Positions 40,383 to 51,823 of a stretch of DNA of 64,000 nt are shown here, one piece after another. The stretch is from an uncultured Clostridia bacterium (GTDB lineage: Bacteria > Bacillota > Clostridia > TANB77 > CAG-508). The translations under genes and the position numbers were made by a program. Numbering within the stretch: the first letter of the stretch is position 1; each line of letters opens with the position of its first letter. The notes beneath the pieces are model-generated. The model saw only the letters and a list, made by a program, of their open reading frames with translations, was not told the origin of the DNA and made no database searches. The stretch spans positions 11,733-75,732 of the forward strand of contig CANRHQ010000003.1 in assembly GCA_947630445.1 (NCBI GenBank), given 5' to 3'.

Positions 40383-41039
40383 TTATAATAACCTTGGTTT
40401 CAACTCTAAATAAATCGGTTTTTCTTCTCTAATCATTGTGCTTTTTCCGTGTCCTGGATATACTATTGTTTCATCTGGTAATACCATAAGTTTTTTAGTT
40501 ATAGAATTAATTATATCATCAAAATTTCCAGTTGGAACATCTGTCCTTCCCCATGTTCCTCTAAATAATGTATCTCCAGAAAATAATAATTTTTCTTCTT
40601 CACAATATAAACAAGAACCTCCTGATGTGTGTCCAGGTGTATGTATTACTTTAAACTCTAAATTGCCTAAATGTAATAAATCGTTATCATCTACTCGTGA
40701 ATCCACATTAATAATTAATCCTTCTAATCCTATATATGAAGTTAAGCTAATATTAGGATTTAATAAATTTATTGCCGTTTCTCTTTCAGCTACTATTTGA
40801 CCACCAGTTTTTTCTTTTAATTCTTGCACTCCACCTATATGATCTCCATGACAATGTGTTAAATAAATATATTTTAATTTTGCTTGTAAAATATTTAACA
40901 TTTCTATTATTCCTTCTACATTTCCAGCTGGATCAATTACCATAGTTTCTTTGGTTTTTTCATCTTGAACAATATAACAATTTGTTGAATCTCCTATCCA
41001 AGTATCAATCTTTAGTTCCTTTAATATCATTTTTTCCAT
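40383..41039 (-). CDS. MBL-fold metallo-hydrolase (glyoxalase II-like)
   Basis: 218 aa. THCHGDHIGG metal-binding motif. Confidence 0.85.
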   Translation of the reverse strand: MEKMILKELKIDTWIGDSTNCYIVQDEKTKETMVIDPAGNVEGIIEMLNILQAKLKYIYLTHCHGDHIGGVQELKEKTGGQIVAERETAINLLNPNISLTSYIGLEGLIINVDSRVDDNDLLHLGNLEFKVIHTPGHTSGGSCLYCEEEKLLFSGDTLFRGTWGRTDVPTGNFDDIINSITKKLMVLPDETIVYPGHGKSTMIREEKPIYLELKPRLL

Positions 41040-41046
41040 CTCCTAT

Positions 41047-43251
41047 TTATTTTTTTCTATCAACTTCATAAACACTATCTACTTTTCTTATTTGTTTTAT
41101 TATTTTATTTAGACTTTCCAAACTATCTACTTCTAGTGTTACATTCGTTACAGCAATTCTTTCTTTTGTTGTTCTAGCATTAACACCTAAAATTTTAGCT
41201 TTAGAATCATTTATTTGTTGTACAATGTCTCCTAATAGTCCATTTCTATCATTGGCAAAAACTTCAATTTCTACTGTATATGTTATTTTTTCTTGATTAT
41301 ACCATCTAACTTCTATAATTCTATTTTCTTCTTTTAATAAATCATTTATATTTACACAGTCTTTTCTATGAACAGATACGCCTCTTCCTTTTGTTATATA
41401 ACCTATTATTTCATCTCCAGGAAGTGGATTACAACATTTAGAAAGTTTTACTAAACAATTATCTATTCCTTTAACTATAATACCTGAATTTGATGGTTTA
41501 GATTTTGTTTCCCTTCGTGTTTCTAATTCTTCAATTTTTTCCTCTGCTATTGCTTCTTTATTTTCTTTTCTATATTCTATTAACATTCTAGCAATTATTT
41601 TTGCTGATGACATTGCACCAAAACCAACAGAAGCATACATATCATCTAAATTTTTAAATTTATATCTTTCAAGCATTGGATTTATATATTCACTTTTAAA
41701 TAAATCAGAATATGCTACCCCTATTCTTTTTAACTCTTTTTCTATAGATTCCTTGCCTTTTTCAATATTTTCAACCTTTTTTTCTTTTTTAAACCATTGT
41801 TGAATTTTGTTTCTTGCACTTGAGCTTTTTACAAATTTTAGCCAATCCATACTTGGTCCTTTTGAATTTTCTGATGTTATTATTTCTATAATATCTCCAT
41901 TTTGTATTGGTGTTATTATAGGCACTATTTTACTATTAATCTTTGCACCTGTCATATGATTTCCAATTTCTGCATGAATACTATAAGCAAAATCTATTGG
42001 TGTTGCTCCTCTTGGCAATACTTTTATTGCACCTTTAGGAGTAAATACATATACTTCATCTTCGAATAATTCTGTTTTTAATGTTTCAAGAAATTCTTGT
42101 GGATCTTGCATTTCTTGTTGCCATTCTAATGATTCTCTAAGCCATGCTAATTTATCATCAGTTGATTTAACTATTTGTTGTCCTTTTTTACTACTATAAT
42201 TTGCTTCTTTATATGCCCAATGTGCAGCAATACCATATTCTGCTATTCTGTGCATATCCCATGTACGTATTTGGACTTCAAATGGAGTTCCATTTTCACC
42301 TAATAATGTTGTATGTATTGATTGATACATATTAGGTTTTGGAACTGCTATGTAGTCTTTGAATCTTCCTGGCATAGGGCTATATAATTCATGTACTACA
42401 CCTAATGCAGAATAACAGTCTTTTATTGAGTTTACAATTATTCTTAAAGCAAATAAATCATATATTTGGTCTAATGTTTTATTATCTCTAATCATCTTTC
42501 TATAAATACTATACAAATGCTTTGCTCTTCCTGTTACTTCCGCTTCTATATGCTGTTTTTTCAATTGTACTCTAATATCTTGCATTATCTTTTCTATAAA
42601 TTTTAATCTTTCATCTCTTTTTTGTTCTATTCCTTTTACTAATTCTTTAAATTCTTCTGGGTATAGATATTGAAATCCCAAATCTTCTAGTTCCCATTTC
42701 ATAGCATATAGTCCTAATCTATTTGCTAATGGTGCATATAATTGCATTGTTTCTTCTGATATTGCAATTTGCCTTTCTCTACTCAAAAACTGTAATGTTC
42801 TCATGTTGTGTAATCTATCAGCTAATTTTATTATTATTACTCTAATATCTTTCCCCATAGCCAAGAACATTTTTCTATAATTTTCTACTTGATTTTCTTC
42901 TATACTTGCATATTGAATTTGTTTTAATTTAGTTACACCATCTACCATTTCTGCAATTTCTTCACCAAATTCATTTTTTAATTCTTCATATGAAACATCT
43001 GTATCTTCTACAACATCATGTAATAATGCTGCTGAAATAGTTTTTTCATCTAATCCTAATTCTGCAACAGTATATGCAACATTTGTTGGATGTATTATAT
43101 ATGGTTCTCCAGATTTTCTTTCTTGTTTTCCATGTTGTTTTAATGCATAATTATAAGCCTTTTGAATTATTTTTGTATCTGGCCATTTTTTATTTTTTTT
43201 AACTTTATCTAGTATATCTTTTATTGTATAATTTTTTGTCATATTCATCAC
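41047..43251 (-). CDS. relA: Bifunctional (p)ppGpp synthetase/hydrolase RelA/SpoT
   Basis: 734 aa with HD hydrolase, RelA/SpoT synthetase, TGS and ACT domain order. Confidence 0.93.
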   Translation of the reverse strand: MMNMTKNYTIKDILDKVKKNKKWPDTKIIQKAYNYALKQHGKQERKSGEPYIIHPTNVAYTVAELGLDEKTISAALLHDVVEDTDVSYEELKNEFGEEIAEMVDGVTKLKQIQYASIEENQVENYRKMFLAMGKDIRVIIIKLADRLHNMRTLQFLSRERQIAISEETMQLYAPLANRLGLYAMKWELEDLGFQYLYPEEFKELVKGIEQKRDERLKFIEKIMQDIRVQLKKQHIEAEVTGRAKHLYSIYRKMIRDNKTLDQIYDLFALRIIVNSIKDCYSALGVVHELYSPMPGRFKDYIAVPKPNMYQSIHTTLLGENGTPFEVQIRTWDMHRIAEYGIAAHWAYKEANYSSKKGQQIVKSTDDKLAWLRESLEWQQEMQDPQEFLETLKTELFEDEVYVFTPKGAIKVLPRGATPIDFAYSIHAEIGNHMTGAKINSKIVPIITPIQNGDIIEIITSENSKGPSMDWLKFVKSSSARNKIQQWFKKEKKVENIEKGKESIEKELKRIGVAYSDLFKSEYINPMLERYKFKNLDDMYASVGFGAMSSAKIIARMLIEYRKENKEAIAEEKIEELETRRETKSKPSNSGIIVKGIDNCLVKLSKCCNPLPGDEIIGYITKGRGVSVHRKDCVNINDLLKEENRIIEVRWYNQEKITYTVEIEVFANDRNGLLGDIVQQINDSKAKILGVNARTTKERIAVTNVTLEVDSLESLNKIIKQIRKVDSVYEVDRKK

Positions 43252-43256
43252 CTTTA

Positions 43257-44945
43257 TTATAAAGATTTCATTACATCTTTAATGTTAATTTGTATATTGT
43301 CTACACCATTAAATGTATTTATCTCTAAATTTCCTACAATATCTATTTTATCACCTATTTTGTATTCATTAGACAATTGTCCTAAATTAAATCCTATTGC
43401 ATTTACAATATTTTTATTATCTTTTACAGTTAATTTTAAATGTTTTCCATCTGAAAGTGCTCTTATTGAGTCTATTTTTAAATTTTTAAAGACAAATAGA
43501 GGCATTTTATTTCCTTCACCATAAGGTTCTAATTCTTTTAAACTATCTACCATATTTTTATCAATTTCATCTAAACTAATTTGAGCATCTATCCTTAATA
43601 TTGGTACAATTTCTTCTATATGTTTTTGTTTAGATATTTCTTCTAACTTTTCTTTAAATTCTTCAAATTTGTTTTTCTTGATATTGATTCCTACTGCCAT
43701 AGAATGTCCACCAAATTTTTCTATTACATCTCCACATTCTGTTAATGCTTCATATAAATCGAATCCTGGTATACTTCTTCCAGAGCCTTTTCCATATTCA
43801 TCTTCTTCACATAGTAATATACTTGGTTTAAAATACATTTCTGTAATTTTGGATGAAACTATTCCTATTACTCCATGATGCCAGTTTTTTCCCATTACTA
43901 CTATTGTATTTTTTTTAGCTAAATTTTTTTCTTCTATTTGTGTAATTGCTTCATTATATATATTTTTTTCTGTTTCTTGCCTTAATTTGTTATAATCATT
44001 TAATTTTTGGGTTAATTCTTTTACTTCTTTTGTTTCTTTCGTTAAAAACAATTTTAATGCTTCTTCTTGATGTCCCATTCTACCACAAGCATTTATTCTT
44101 GGAGCAACACCAAAAGATATTGTGTTTGAATCAATCTTACTATATCCTGTTCCTTCTAAAATTGCTTTTAATCCCAAATTTTTGGTTTGTTCTACTAATT
44201 TAAGTCCTAATTTAACTATTACTCTATTTTCATCTACTAATGGAACTATATCTGATATTGTACCAATACATACTATATCTAAATATTTTAAATATTCTTT
44301 TTCATCTAAACCTAATTTCATACTTATGGCTTGTATAACTTTAAATACAACACCTACACCTGCTAAATTTCTACATGGATATTTGCTATCTTTTCTTTTC
44401 GCATCAACTACAGCAATTGCATTAGGTAATTCGTTTCCAGGTTCATGATGATCTGTTATTATTGTTTCTATTCCTAACTCGTTTGCATATTTTACTTCTT
44501 CTATCGCAGATATTCCACAATCTACTGTAATCATTAATTTATTTCCTTGTTTATATATCTGATCTACAGCAGATTTGTTTAATCCATATCCTTCTTGTAA
44601 TCTATTTGGAATATATTCAGAAACCTTTAATCCTAATTCTTCCAAAAAACTTTTTAATACTGTTACACTTGTTATCCCATCTACATCATAATCCCCGTAT
44701 ATAACAACTTTCTCATTGTTTTTTATTGCTTTTATTATTCTTTCAATTGCAACATTCATATCTGGCATTTCAAATGGATTATAAAAATCATTTCTTTTTG
44801 GATTTAAAAATTTTTCTATTTGTTCTTTTTCAATAATATCTCTATTTACCAATATTGTAGCCAACAATTTATTAATTTTATATTTCTCCATAAGTTGTTG
44901 TATCTTTTCTTCATCTACTTGGTAAACTTGCCAATTTTTGTTCAA
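43257..44945 (-). CDS. recJ: Single-stranded-DNA-specific exonuclease RecJ
   Basis: 562 aa. DHH motifs (GDYDVDG, ITDHHEP) and DHHA1 (GGHSMAVG). Confidence 0.92.
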   Translation of the reverse strand: MNKNWQVYQVDEEKIQQLMEKYKINKLLATILVNRDIIEKEQIEKFLNPKRNDFYNPFEMPDMNVAIERIIKAIKNNEKVVIYGDYDVDGITSVTVLKSFLEELGLKVSEYIPNRLQEGYGLNKSAVDQIYKQGNKLMITVDCGISAIEEVKYANELGIETIITDHHEPGNELPNAIAVVDAKRKDSKYPCRNLAGVGVVFKVIQAISMKLGLDEKEYLKYLDIVCIGTISDIVPLVDENRVIVKLGLKLVEQTKNLGLKAILEGTGYSKIDSNTISFGVAPRINACGRMGHQEEALKLFLTKETKEVKELTQKLNDYNKLRQETEKNIYNEAITQIEEKNLAKKNTIVVMGKNWHHGVIGIVSSKITEMYFKPSILLCEEDEYGKGSGRSIPGFDLYEALTECGDVIEKFGGHSMAVGINIKKNKFEEFKEKLEEISKQKHIEEIVPILRIDAQISLDEIDKNMVDSLKELEPYGEGNKMPLFVFKNLKIDSIRALSDGKHLKLTVKDNKNIVNAIGFNLGQLSNEYKIGDKIDIVGNLEINTFNGVDNIQINIKDVMKSL

Positions 44946-45041
44946 TTTTTTCTCCTTTCATATTACTAAATTTTCTGTTTACATTTTACTATGACACAAA
45001 AAAAATAGCAAGTAATCTTGCTATTTTTCTAAAATTATTAC

Positions 45042-46100
45042 TTATTCTTCATCACTTTCTAATTTTTCATCATCATCTGATATTTCTTCTCCTAAACTCT
45101 GTTCAAATGCTTTTGCAAAATTTTCTCTAACCTTTTTTTCTACTTCTTCAAGAATTTCTTTATGTTCTGTTAAATATTTTTTTGCATTTTCTCTACCTTG
45201 ACCTATTCTTTCACCATTATAGCTAAACCATGCTCCACTTTTTTCAACAATATCAAGGTTAACTGCCATATCTAATATATTTCCTTCTTTTGAAATTCCT
45301 TTTCCATATAATACATCAAATTCTGCCTCTCTAAATGGTGGAGCTACTTTATTTTTTATTACTTTTACTCTAACTCTATTTCCTATTACTTCTCCATCTT
45401 GTTTTATATTTTCTACTTTTCTTATATCCATTCTAACAGATGCATAGAATTTTAATGCCCTTCCCCCAGTTGTTGTTTCTGGATTTCCAAACATTACTCC
45501 TATTTTTTCTCTTAATTGATTTATAAATATTAAAACTGTTTTTGATTTATTTATTGCTCCTGCTAATTTTCTTAGAGCTTGAGACATTAATCTTGCTTGT
45601 AATCCCATATGTGGATCTCCCATGTCTCCATCAATTTCTGCTTTTGGTACTAACGCTGCTACTGAATCTACTACTATTACATCTAATGCTCCACTTCTTA
45701 CTAATGCTTCTGTTATTTCTAATGCTTGTTCTCCAGTATCTGGTTGTGATACTATTAAATTATCTATATCTACTCCCAATTTTTTAGCATATACTGGATC
45801 TAATGCATGTTCTGCATCTATAAATGCTGCCTCTCCTCCTGTTTTTTGTGCTTCTGCAATTACATGTAATGCTAATGTTGTTTTTCCTGATGATTCTGGT
45901 CCAAATATTTCAATTATTCTTCCTCTAGGTACTCCACCTATTCCTAATGCTATATCTAAACTTAAAGCTCCTGTTGGTATTCCTTCTACCTCCATTGCTT
46001 TAAATTCTCCTAATTTCATTACTGAACCTTTTCCAAATTGCTTTTCTATTTGACTCATTGCCACTTCTAGTGCTTTTTTCTTTTCTATATTTTCTTCCAT
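45042..46100 (-). CDS. recA: Recombinase RecA
   Basis: 352 aa. Walker [10 protein letters not shown]. Canonical RecA core with an acidic C-terminus. Confidence 0.97.
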   Translation of the reverse strand: MEENIEKKKALEVAMSQIEKQFGKGSVMKLGEFKAMEVEGIPTGALSLDIALGIGGVPRGRIIEIFGPESSGKTTLALHVIAEAQKTGGEAAFIDAEHALDPVYAKKLGVDIDNLIVSQPDTGEQALEITEALVRSGALDVIVVDSVAALVPKAEIDGDMGDPHMGLQARLMSQALRKLAGAINKSKTVLIFINQLREKIGVMFGNPETTTGGRALKFYASVRMDIRKVENIKQDGEVIGNRVRVKVIKNKVAPPFREAEFDVLYGKGISKEGNILDMAVNLDIVEKSGAWFSYNGERIGQGRENAKKYLTEHKEILEEVEKKVRENFAKAFEQSLGEEISDDDEKLESDEE

Positions 46101-46122
46101 ATTTTTTCCTCCTAATTTTATA

Positions 46123-46135
46123 AAACTTTTGTTCG
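46123..46135. promoter_or_regulatory. LexA (Cheo/DinR) box candidate in the recA promoter region
   Basis: The minus strand reads CGAAC-AAAA-GTTT, against the Gram-positive consensus CGAAC-N4-GTTCG. It lies just downstream of TTGACA (46171..46166) / TATAAT (46149..46144), which have a 16-nt spacer. Confidence 0.55.
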
Positions 46136-46193
46136 ATATATGTATTATATCTTATTTATTTTTTTTGTCAAGTATTTTTTTTATTTTTATGAA

Positions 46194-47774
46194 TTAATTT
46201 TTATACCAATTGTTTATATCTATAAAAATATTATACCAATTTGCGGAAACATTACCTTTTAAATTCCAACTACTTGCTATTGCATAATAACTATTATATA
46301 GTCCTATATATGGTACTTCATCATTATAAATTTGTCTAATTCTATCGTATTTTTCTTTTAATAAATCCTCTTTTGTTATATTTTTTATATCTTGCATTAT
46401 TACATTTAACTCTTCATTTGAATAGTTTGATAAATTATTTGCACCAAAATATGTTTCTAAATTTGGACTTGCAGATTCTGTTACACCAGTTATAATCATG
46501 TCATAATTCTTATTTTGTAAATAATTTTGGTATTGTGAGTCAGTTGCTTTAATTATTGTTATTTTTATTCCTAATTCTTCCAAATTGTTTTTAATCATTT
46601 CAGCAGTGTTTACTCTTGCCTGATTTGATGCTTGTACTACTAATCTTAATGTATTTATTGTTTTTGTAGAATAATTTTCTGTTTTTTGCCATCTATTATA
46701 TTTGAATTCCCATCCATTTTGTTCTAATATTTGTCTTGCATTATTTATGTCATATGAAATATTTGCTTGTTCCCCTTTTAACCAACTACCAAAATCCAAA
46801 GGATAGTTCATCAATTTATATTTATTATTATATAATGCTCCTATAATATTTTCTCTATTTATTCCATATAATATAGCTTTTCTTACTTCTTTAAAAGATA
46901 ATATTGAATTTTGTGTATTTATTGCTATAAAGTCATATTCTCTTCCTGCAATTTCTTTTATATTATATCCCATTGTACCTATATAATCTTGAATATTAAT
47001 ATTGTTCGTAGTTATTAAATCTACTTTTCCTAATTTGAAGGCATTATATAATTCACCTAAATTGGAATATTTCCCAATTGTTATTTTTTCTAAAGTTAAT
47101 TGTTCTCTATCATAATTTTCATTTTTACTTAAAATAATTCCTTCATTATTATTTTGTATTATCTTATATTTTCCTGTTCCTACTGGTAAACTATTTCTCG
47201 GTGTTGTAGAAAAATCTTCTCCATTATAATATTTCTGACTCATTATTGGAAATATTAAGTTATATTCAAAAAATGGTATTTCATGATCTAATGTAATTTG
47301 TATAGTATTTGAATCTACCTTGTCTGCTCTTATAACATATTGGACATTATAGGCATATATTGATGGTATTTTTTTTAATAAATCTATTGTAAATATTACA
47401 TCATCTGCAGTAAATAATTGTCCATCTGACCATTTTATATTTTCTTTTAATCTTAATAAATATGTTTCTGGGCTTGTCTTTGCCCAGTCAGATACTAGAC
47501 ATTTTTTTATTTTGTACTCACTATCTAATTCAAATAATGGATCAAATATTAGTTTTGATATTTCTTGAACATATTTGTTTCCACTTAATATAGGATTTAT
47601 TGTATCATATTCTGCTATTCCTAAAGTAATTTCTTTTATCATATCTTCTTCTTCATCCTCTACTACTGGAATTTCTACATTACCTCCTTCATCTTTATTT
47701 AATTTATATATTGCAAATCCCATTATTGCTATTACAAATACAAAAAATATATATTTAATAAAATTACTTTTCAA
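46194..47774 (-). CDS. Family 5 (peptide/nickel-type) ABC substrate-binding protein, orphan, N-terminal membrane anchor
   Basis: 526 aa. ...IKWSDGQLFTADDVIFT... is typical of SBP_bac_5. No permease or ATPase genes are adjacent. Confidence 0.75.
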   Translation of the reverse strand: MKSNFIKYIFFVFVIAIMGFAIYKLNKDEGGNVEIPVVEDEEEDMIKEITLGIAEYDTINPILSGNKYVQEISKLIFDPLFELDSEYKIKKCLVSDWAKTSPETYLLRLKENIKWSDGQLFTADDVIFTIDLLKKIPSIYAYNVQYVIRADKVDSNTIQITLDHEIPFFEYNLIFPIMSQKYYNGEDFSTTPRNSLPVGTGKYKIIQNNNEGIILSKNENYDREQLTLEKITIGKYSNLGELYNAFKLGKVDLITTNNINIQDYIGTMGYNIKEIAGREYDFIAINTQNSILSFKEVRKAILYGINRENIIGALYNNKYKLMNYPLDFGSWLKGEQANISYDINNARQILEQNGWEFKYNRWQKTENYSTKTINTLRLVVQASNQARVNTAEMIKNNLEELGIKITIIKATDSQYQNYLQNKNYDMIITGVTESASPNLETYFGANNLSNYSNEELNVIMQDIKNITKEDLLKEKYDRIRQIYNDEVPYIGLYNSYYAIASSWNLKGNVSANWYNIFIDINNWYKN

Positions 47775-47911
47775 AAAATCACCTCTTTGTGTTGTTATAA
47801 TATATTATTATATATTTTTTTTCAAGTACTTTTATACAAAAAGAGAGCAATATAAATTATATATGCCCCCTTATTAATATTTATTGATTAGAAAACAATT
47901 ATCTTCTTTTC

Positions 47912-48175
47912 TTATTTTCTTGACTCTACAATCAACTTAATTCCTGTTCGGTCTTCCCCTTCAACCTCAACTTCGGCAAAGGCTGGTATGCATACCAAGT
48001 CTACTCCTGCTGGTGCTACAAATCCTCTTGCTATTGCTACTGCCTTTACTGCTTGATTTAGAGCTCCTGCTCCAATTGCTTGCATTTCTGCTTTTTGTGA
48101 TTCTTTTACTAATCCTGCAATAGCACCTGCTACTGAGTTAGGATTAGATTTTGATGAAATCTTTAAAATTTCCAT
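47912..48175 (-). CDS. spoVS: Stage V sporulation protein S
   Basis: 87 aa. MEILKISSKSNPNSVAGAIAG...AIGAGALNQAVKAVAIARGF is the SpoVS signature. Confidence 0.93.
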   Translation of the reverse strand: MEILKISSKSNPNSVAGAIAGLVKESQKAEMQAIGAGALNQAVKAVAIARGFVAPAGVDLVCIPAFAEVEVEGEDRTGIKLIVESRK

Positions 48176-48311
48176 TTTTCTTTTGCCTCCTATAATTTAT
48201 TTTTTGTTGCAACTTTTACATTGTGTATTTTACAATATTTAGTAATTTTTGTCTAGTCTTTTTTGGAAATTTTTTCAAGTTTTCATCGCGTCATTCGACA
48301 ACTTTCTAGTA

Positions 48312-49124
48312 TTAATCAATATAGAGTCTTTTTATTTCTATTACTTTATTGGTTTCATCATCTATATTAAAAACTACTGCATTTAAAATACATTCTCCTT
48401 CAGCTAATTTATATTTTTCAGGAAGACTTGTTTCAAATCTTTTTATAGATACTTGTATATCCATTCCTATTACTGAATCTTTAGGTCCAGTCATACCAAT
48501 ATCTGTTATATATCCTGTTCCATGAGGAAGAATTTGTTCATCAGCAGTTTGTACATGTGTATGTGTTCCAAAAACGCATGTAACTTTTCCATCTAAATAC
48601 CTTCCCATTGCAATCTTTTCAGCAGTAGCTTCTGCATGGAAATCTAATATCGTTATATCTACTTTTCCTCTTAATTCTTCGACAATTTCTTTTGCTATTA
48701 AAAATGGATTTTCAGTTAATATATTAATATCTACTCTTCCTATAAGATTCATAACAGCTATTTTTTTATTATTACATTGATATATTCCTAATCCATTTCC
48801 AACAACTCCTTTAGGATAATTTGCTGGTCTTAATATTTTTGGATTATCTATAAAATTAAATATATCTTTTTTTCCCCATGTATGATTTCCCATAGTTACA
48901 ACATCAGTTCCGGCTTCTATAATATCTTTAAATATTTTTTCAGTTATTCCCATTCCTCCTGCAGAGTTTTCACCATTTGTTATAACAAAATCTATATTTT
49001 CATTTTTCTTAATAGTAGGTAATACTTGTTTTAGTTTTTTTACTCCACTTTCTCCTACTATGTCCCCAACAGCTAATATCTTCAATATAATTCCTTCTTT
49101 CTTTTTACTGATTAATTTTACCAT
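48312..49124 (-). CDS. ymdB: YmdB-family metallophosphoesterase (2',3'-cyclic-nucleotide phosphodiesterase)
   Basis: 270 aa. ILAVGDIVG...NGENSAGGMGIT...GNHTW motifs. Conserved adjacency to spoVS. Confidence 0.85.
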   Translation of the reverse strand: MVKLISKKKEGIILKILAVGDIVGESGVKKLKQVLPTIKKNENIDFVITNGENSAGGMGITEKIFKDIIEAGTDVVTMGNHTWGKKDIFNFIDNPKILRPANYPKGVVGNGLGIYQCNNKKIAVMNLIGRVDINILTENPFLIAKEIVEELRGKVDITILDFHAEATAEKIAMGRYLDGKVTCVFGTHTHVQTADEQILPHGTGYITDIGMTGPKDSVIGMDIQVSIKRFETSLPEKYKLAEGECILNAVVFNIDDETNKVIEIKRLYID

Positions 49125-49211
49125 TTTATAAAATGTTAGTCAAGTTATTAATTATTACTTATCATCATAATTATATATTTAATGAATACATATTTTATAA
49201 GGAGGATTTTT

Positions 49212-50207
49212 ATGAAAAATTATAAATTAGCAATAGTTGGTGCAACAGGTTTAGTTGGTAGAACTGCTCTAAAAGTTTTAGAAGAAAAGAATTTACCTAA
49301 TATTGAATATACTTTATTTTGTTCTTATAAATCTGCTGGTCAAAAAATTAAATTTTTAGGAAAAGAATACACTGCTATTGAATTAAAAAATGATTCTTTT
49401 GATGAAGGTTTTGATTTTGCAATATTTTCTGCTGGTGCAGAAACCTCAAAACATTTTGCCCCAATAGCAGCAGCTAAAGGATGTACTGTAATTGATAATA
49501 GCAGTGCTTTTAGAATGGAAAAAGATGTTCCTTTAATCGTTCCAGAAGTTAATTTTAATGATGTATATAAAAATCATGGAATTATAGCAAATCCAAATTG
49601 TTCTACTATTCAAGCTGTAGTTGCCTTAAAACCACTTGATGACAAATATAATATAAAAAGAATAGTTTATTCAACATATCAAGCTGTATCTGGTGCTGGA
49701 AAACTTGGATTAGAAGATTTAGAAAACGGCTCACAAAAATTACCACCATTAAAATTTTCACATCCTATATATGATAATTGCTTACCACATATTGATTCAT
49801 TTTTAACTAATAGATATACCAAAGAAGAAATGAAAATGGTAAATGAAACTAGAAAAATTTTAAATAAACCTGATTTAGCTATTACAGCTACTGCTGTGCG
49901 TGTACCTGTTAGAAATTGTCATGGAGAATCTATTAATATTGAATTTGAAAAATCTTTTAAAATAGAAGATATTTTCTCTATTTTAAGTAATTCTCCTGGA
50001 ATTATTGTAAAAGATGATTTAGAAAATTTAATATATCCAACTGCTTCTATTGCAAATGGTCATGATGAAGTTTTTGTTGGTAGAATTAGAAAGGATTATA
50101 GCATAGAAAACGGACTTAATTTATGGGTTGTAGCTGATAATCTTAGAAAAGGTGCTGCATCTAATGCAATTCAAATTGTTGAAAAATTAATTGAAAGTGA
50201 GATTTAA
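49212..50207 (+). CDS. asd: Aspartate-semialdehyde dehydrogenase
   Basis: MKNYKLAIVGATGLVG (Rossmann fold) and active-site NPNCSTIQ. ATG at 49212 follows AAGGAGG. Confidence 0.92.
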   Translation: MKNYKLAIVGATGLVGRTALKVLEEKNLPNIEYTLFCSYKSAGQKIKFLGKEYTAIELKNDSFDEGFDFAIFSAGAETSKHFAPIAAAKGCTVIDNSSAFRMEKDVPLIVPEVNFNDVYKNHGIIANPNCSTIQAVVALKPLDDKYNIKRIVYSTYQAVSGAGKLGLEDLENGSQKLPPLKFSHPIYDNCLPHIDSFLTNRYTKEEMKMVNETRKILNKPDLAITATAVRVPVRNCHGESINIEFEKSFKIEDIFSILSNSPGIIVKDDLENLIYPTASIANGHDEVFVGRIRKDYSIENGLNLWVVADNLRKGAASNAIQIVEKLIESEI

Positions 50208-50208
50208 T

Positions 50209-51078
50209 ATGAAGAAATGTTTATTTAAAGGTGTTGCAACAGCATTAGCAACCCCATTTGACAGTAAAGGTGTTAATATTAATGAATTTAAAAAATTTAT
50301 AGAATTTCAAATTTCTTCTGGTGTTAATGCTTTAGTAGTTTGTGGTACTACTGGTGAATCTAGTACTATGACAATAGATGAAAAGATTAAGGCTATCAAA
50401 TGTGCAATTGAAACATCTAATGGAAGAGTTCCTATAATTGTTGGTACTGGTTCTAATAATACTTCAGCTAGTATAGAAATGTCTCAAATTGCAGAACAAC
50501 TTGGTGCAGATGGTTTACTTCTTGTAACTCCATACTATAACAAAACTACACAAAAAGGATTGTTTGAACATTATAAAACTATTAGTCAGTCAGTATCTAT
50601 TCCTATTATTTTATATAATGTTCCTAGTAGAACTGGAATGAATATTAATCCAGAAACCTGTTTTGAATTATCTAAAATAGATAATATTGTTGGTATTAAA
50701 GAAGCAAGTGGTAATATTTCACAAGTTGCTAAAATTGCATCATTATGTGGAGATGATTTTTCTATATATTCTGGTAATGATGATCAAATTGTACCAATTC
50801 TTTCTTTGGGCGGAAAAGGTGTAATTTCTGTACTTTCAAATATAAAACCTGAACTTACTTGTAGTATTACTAATTCTTTTTTTAAAAATGCAATTAATGA
50901 AGCATGTTATTATCAACTTCAAAGTTTGCCATTAATTGAATCTCTTTTTGCAGAAACTAATCCTATTCCTGTTAAAGAAGCAATAAATTTAATTGGTTTT
51001 GATTTTGGCACACCTAGACTTCCTTTAATAAAATGTTCTCAAAGTTTGAAAAATACTATAATTAATTATTTAAAATAA
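50209..51078 (+). CDS. dapA: 4-hydroxy-tetrahydrodipicolinate synthase
   Basis: GVNALVVCGTTGES...YNVPSRTG... DapA motifs. Start ATG at 50209. Confidence 0.92.
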   Translation: MKKCLFKGVATALATPFDSKGVNINEFKKFIEFQISSGVNALVVCGTTGESSTMTIDEKIKAIKCAIETSNGRVPIIVGTGSNNTSASIEMSQIAEQLGADGLLLVTPYYNKTTQKGLFEHYKTISQSVSIPIILYNVPSRTGMNINPETCFELSKIDNIVGIKEASGNISQVAKIASLCGDDFSIYSGNDDQIVPILSLGGKGVISVLSNIKPELTCSITNSFFKNAINEACYYQLQSLPLIESLFAETNPIPVKEAINLIGFDFGTPRLPLIKCSQSLKNTIINYLK

Positions 51079-51120
51079 AATAGAGTCCATATCTGTTTTA
51101 AAACAAATATGGACTTCATT

Positions 51121-51810
51121 TTATATGATTTTTCTTAATTTTGTTTTCATTTCTTCCCATTTATTATATAATACATTTTCTTTTATTCTAGGGAAAGCAT
51201 TTACAAGTCTTCTATATAAACGATATTTACTTTTAATTATGTCTCTAACCTTATCAGAAATTTCAATAGTATTATCTTTCAATTCTCTTGACATTTGTTT
51301 CAAATTAAGAATAATTCTTAATGAAACAATCATGTCAATTATATATAATGTTAAAAATACTACACTAAATATGTGTACTGCAATGTCTGGCAATAAATTT
51401 ATGTATTTTAGGAAAAATGGATTAGCAATATATATTATAAACATTCCTGCTATGCCAAATGGGATAAGTGTTTCTAAACATATACGACCATTTATATTAA
51501 ATCTTCTTTCGCTGTAATCCCACCATCTTGCTTTAAATATCTTTTCCATTACATAACTTGTCATATATTCCAATGTTCCACATATTAATAATGACATAAA
51601 AAATGTTATAAAAATATCTTCTTTATATTTTCTCAAAAGTAATGTTATTAATAACACACCTGCACCATATATTGGACAATATGGTCCTATTAAAAATCCT
51701 CTATTTACAAATCTTTTTTTCCTTATTGTATCTCCAACTGTTTCCATTAGCCACCCTAAGAATGAATATATAAAAAACAATACTATATAATTTTCTATTT
51801 CTGTAATCAT
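51121..51810 (-). CDS. Membrane protein (putative ABC-transporter type IV / DUF1113-like)
   Basis: 229 aa. FIYSFLGWLMETV...NRGFLIGPYCPIYG pattern. The family name is tentative. Confidence 0.6.
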   Translation of the reverse strand: MITEIENYIVLFFIYSFLGWLMETVGDTIRKKRFVNRGFLIGPYCPIYGAGVLLITLLLRKYKEDIFITFFMSLLICGTLEYMTSYVMEKIFKARWWDYSERRFNINGRICLETLIPFGIAGMFIIYIANPFFLKYINLLPDIAVHIFSVVFLTLYIIDMIVSLRIILNLKQMSRELKDNTIEISDKVRDIIKSKYRLYRRLVNAFPRIKENVLYNKWEEMKTKLRKII

Positions 51811-51823
51811 TTATTTTCCCCTT

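Noticed and set aside
46194-47774. The orphan family-5 substrate-binding protein between spoVS and recA as an unusual system.
   Set aside because: Solitary SBP genes are common, and nothing in the sequence beyond the lack of adjacent transporter genes is unusual.
49125-49211. Possible lysine (L-box) riboswitch upstream of asd-dapA.
   Set aside because: The leader is under 90 nt, which is too short for an L-box. No conserved L-box helices are visible.
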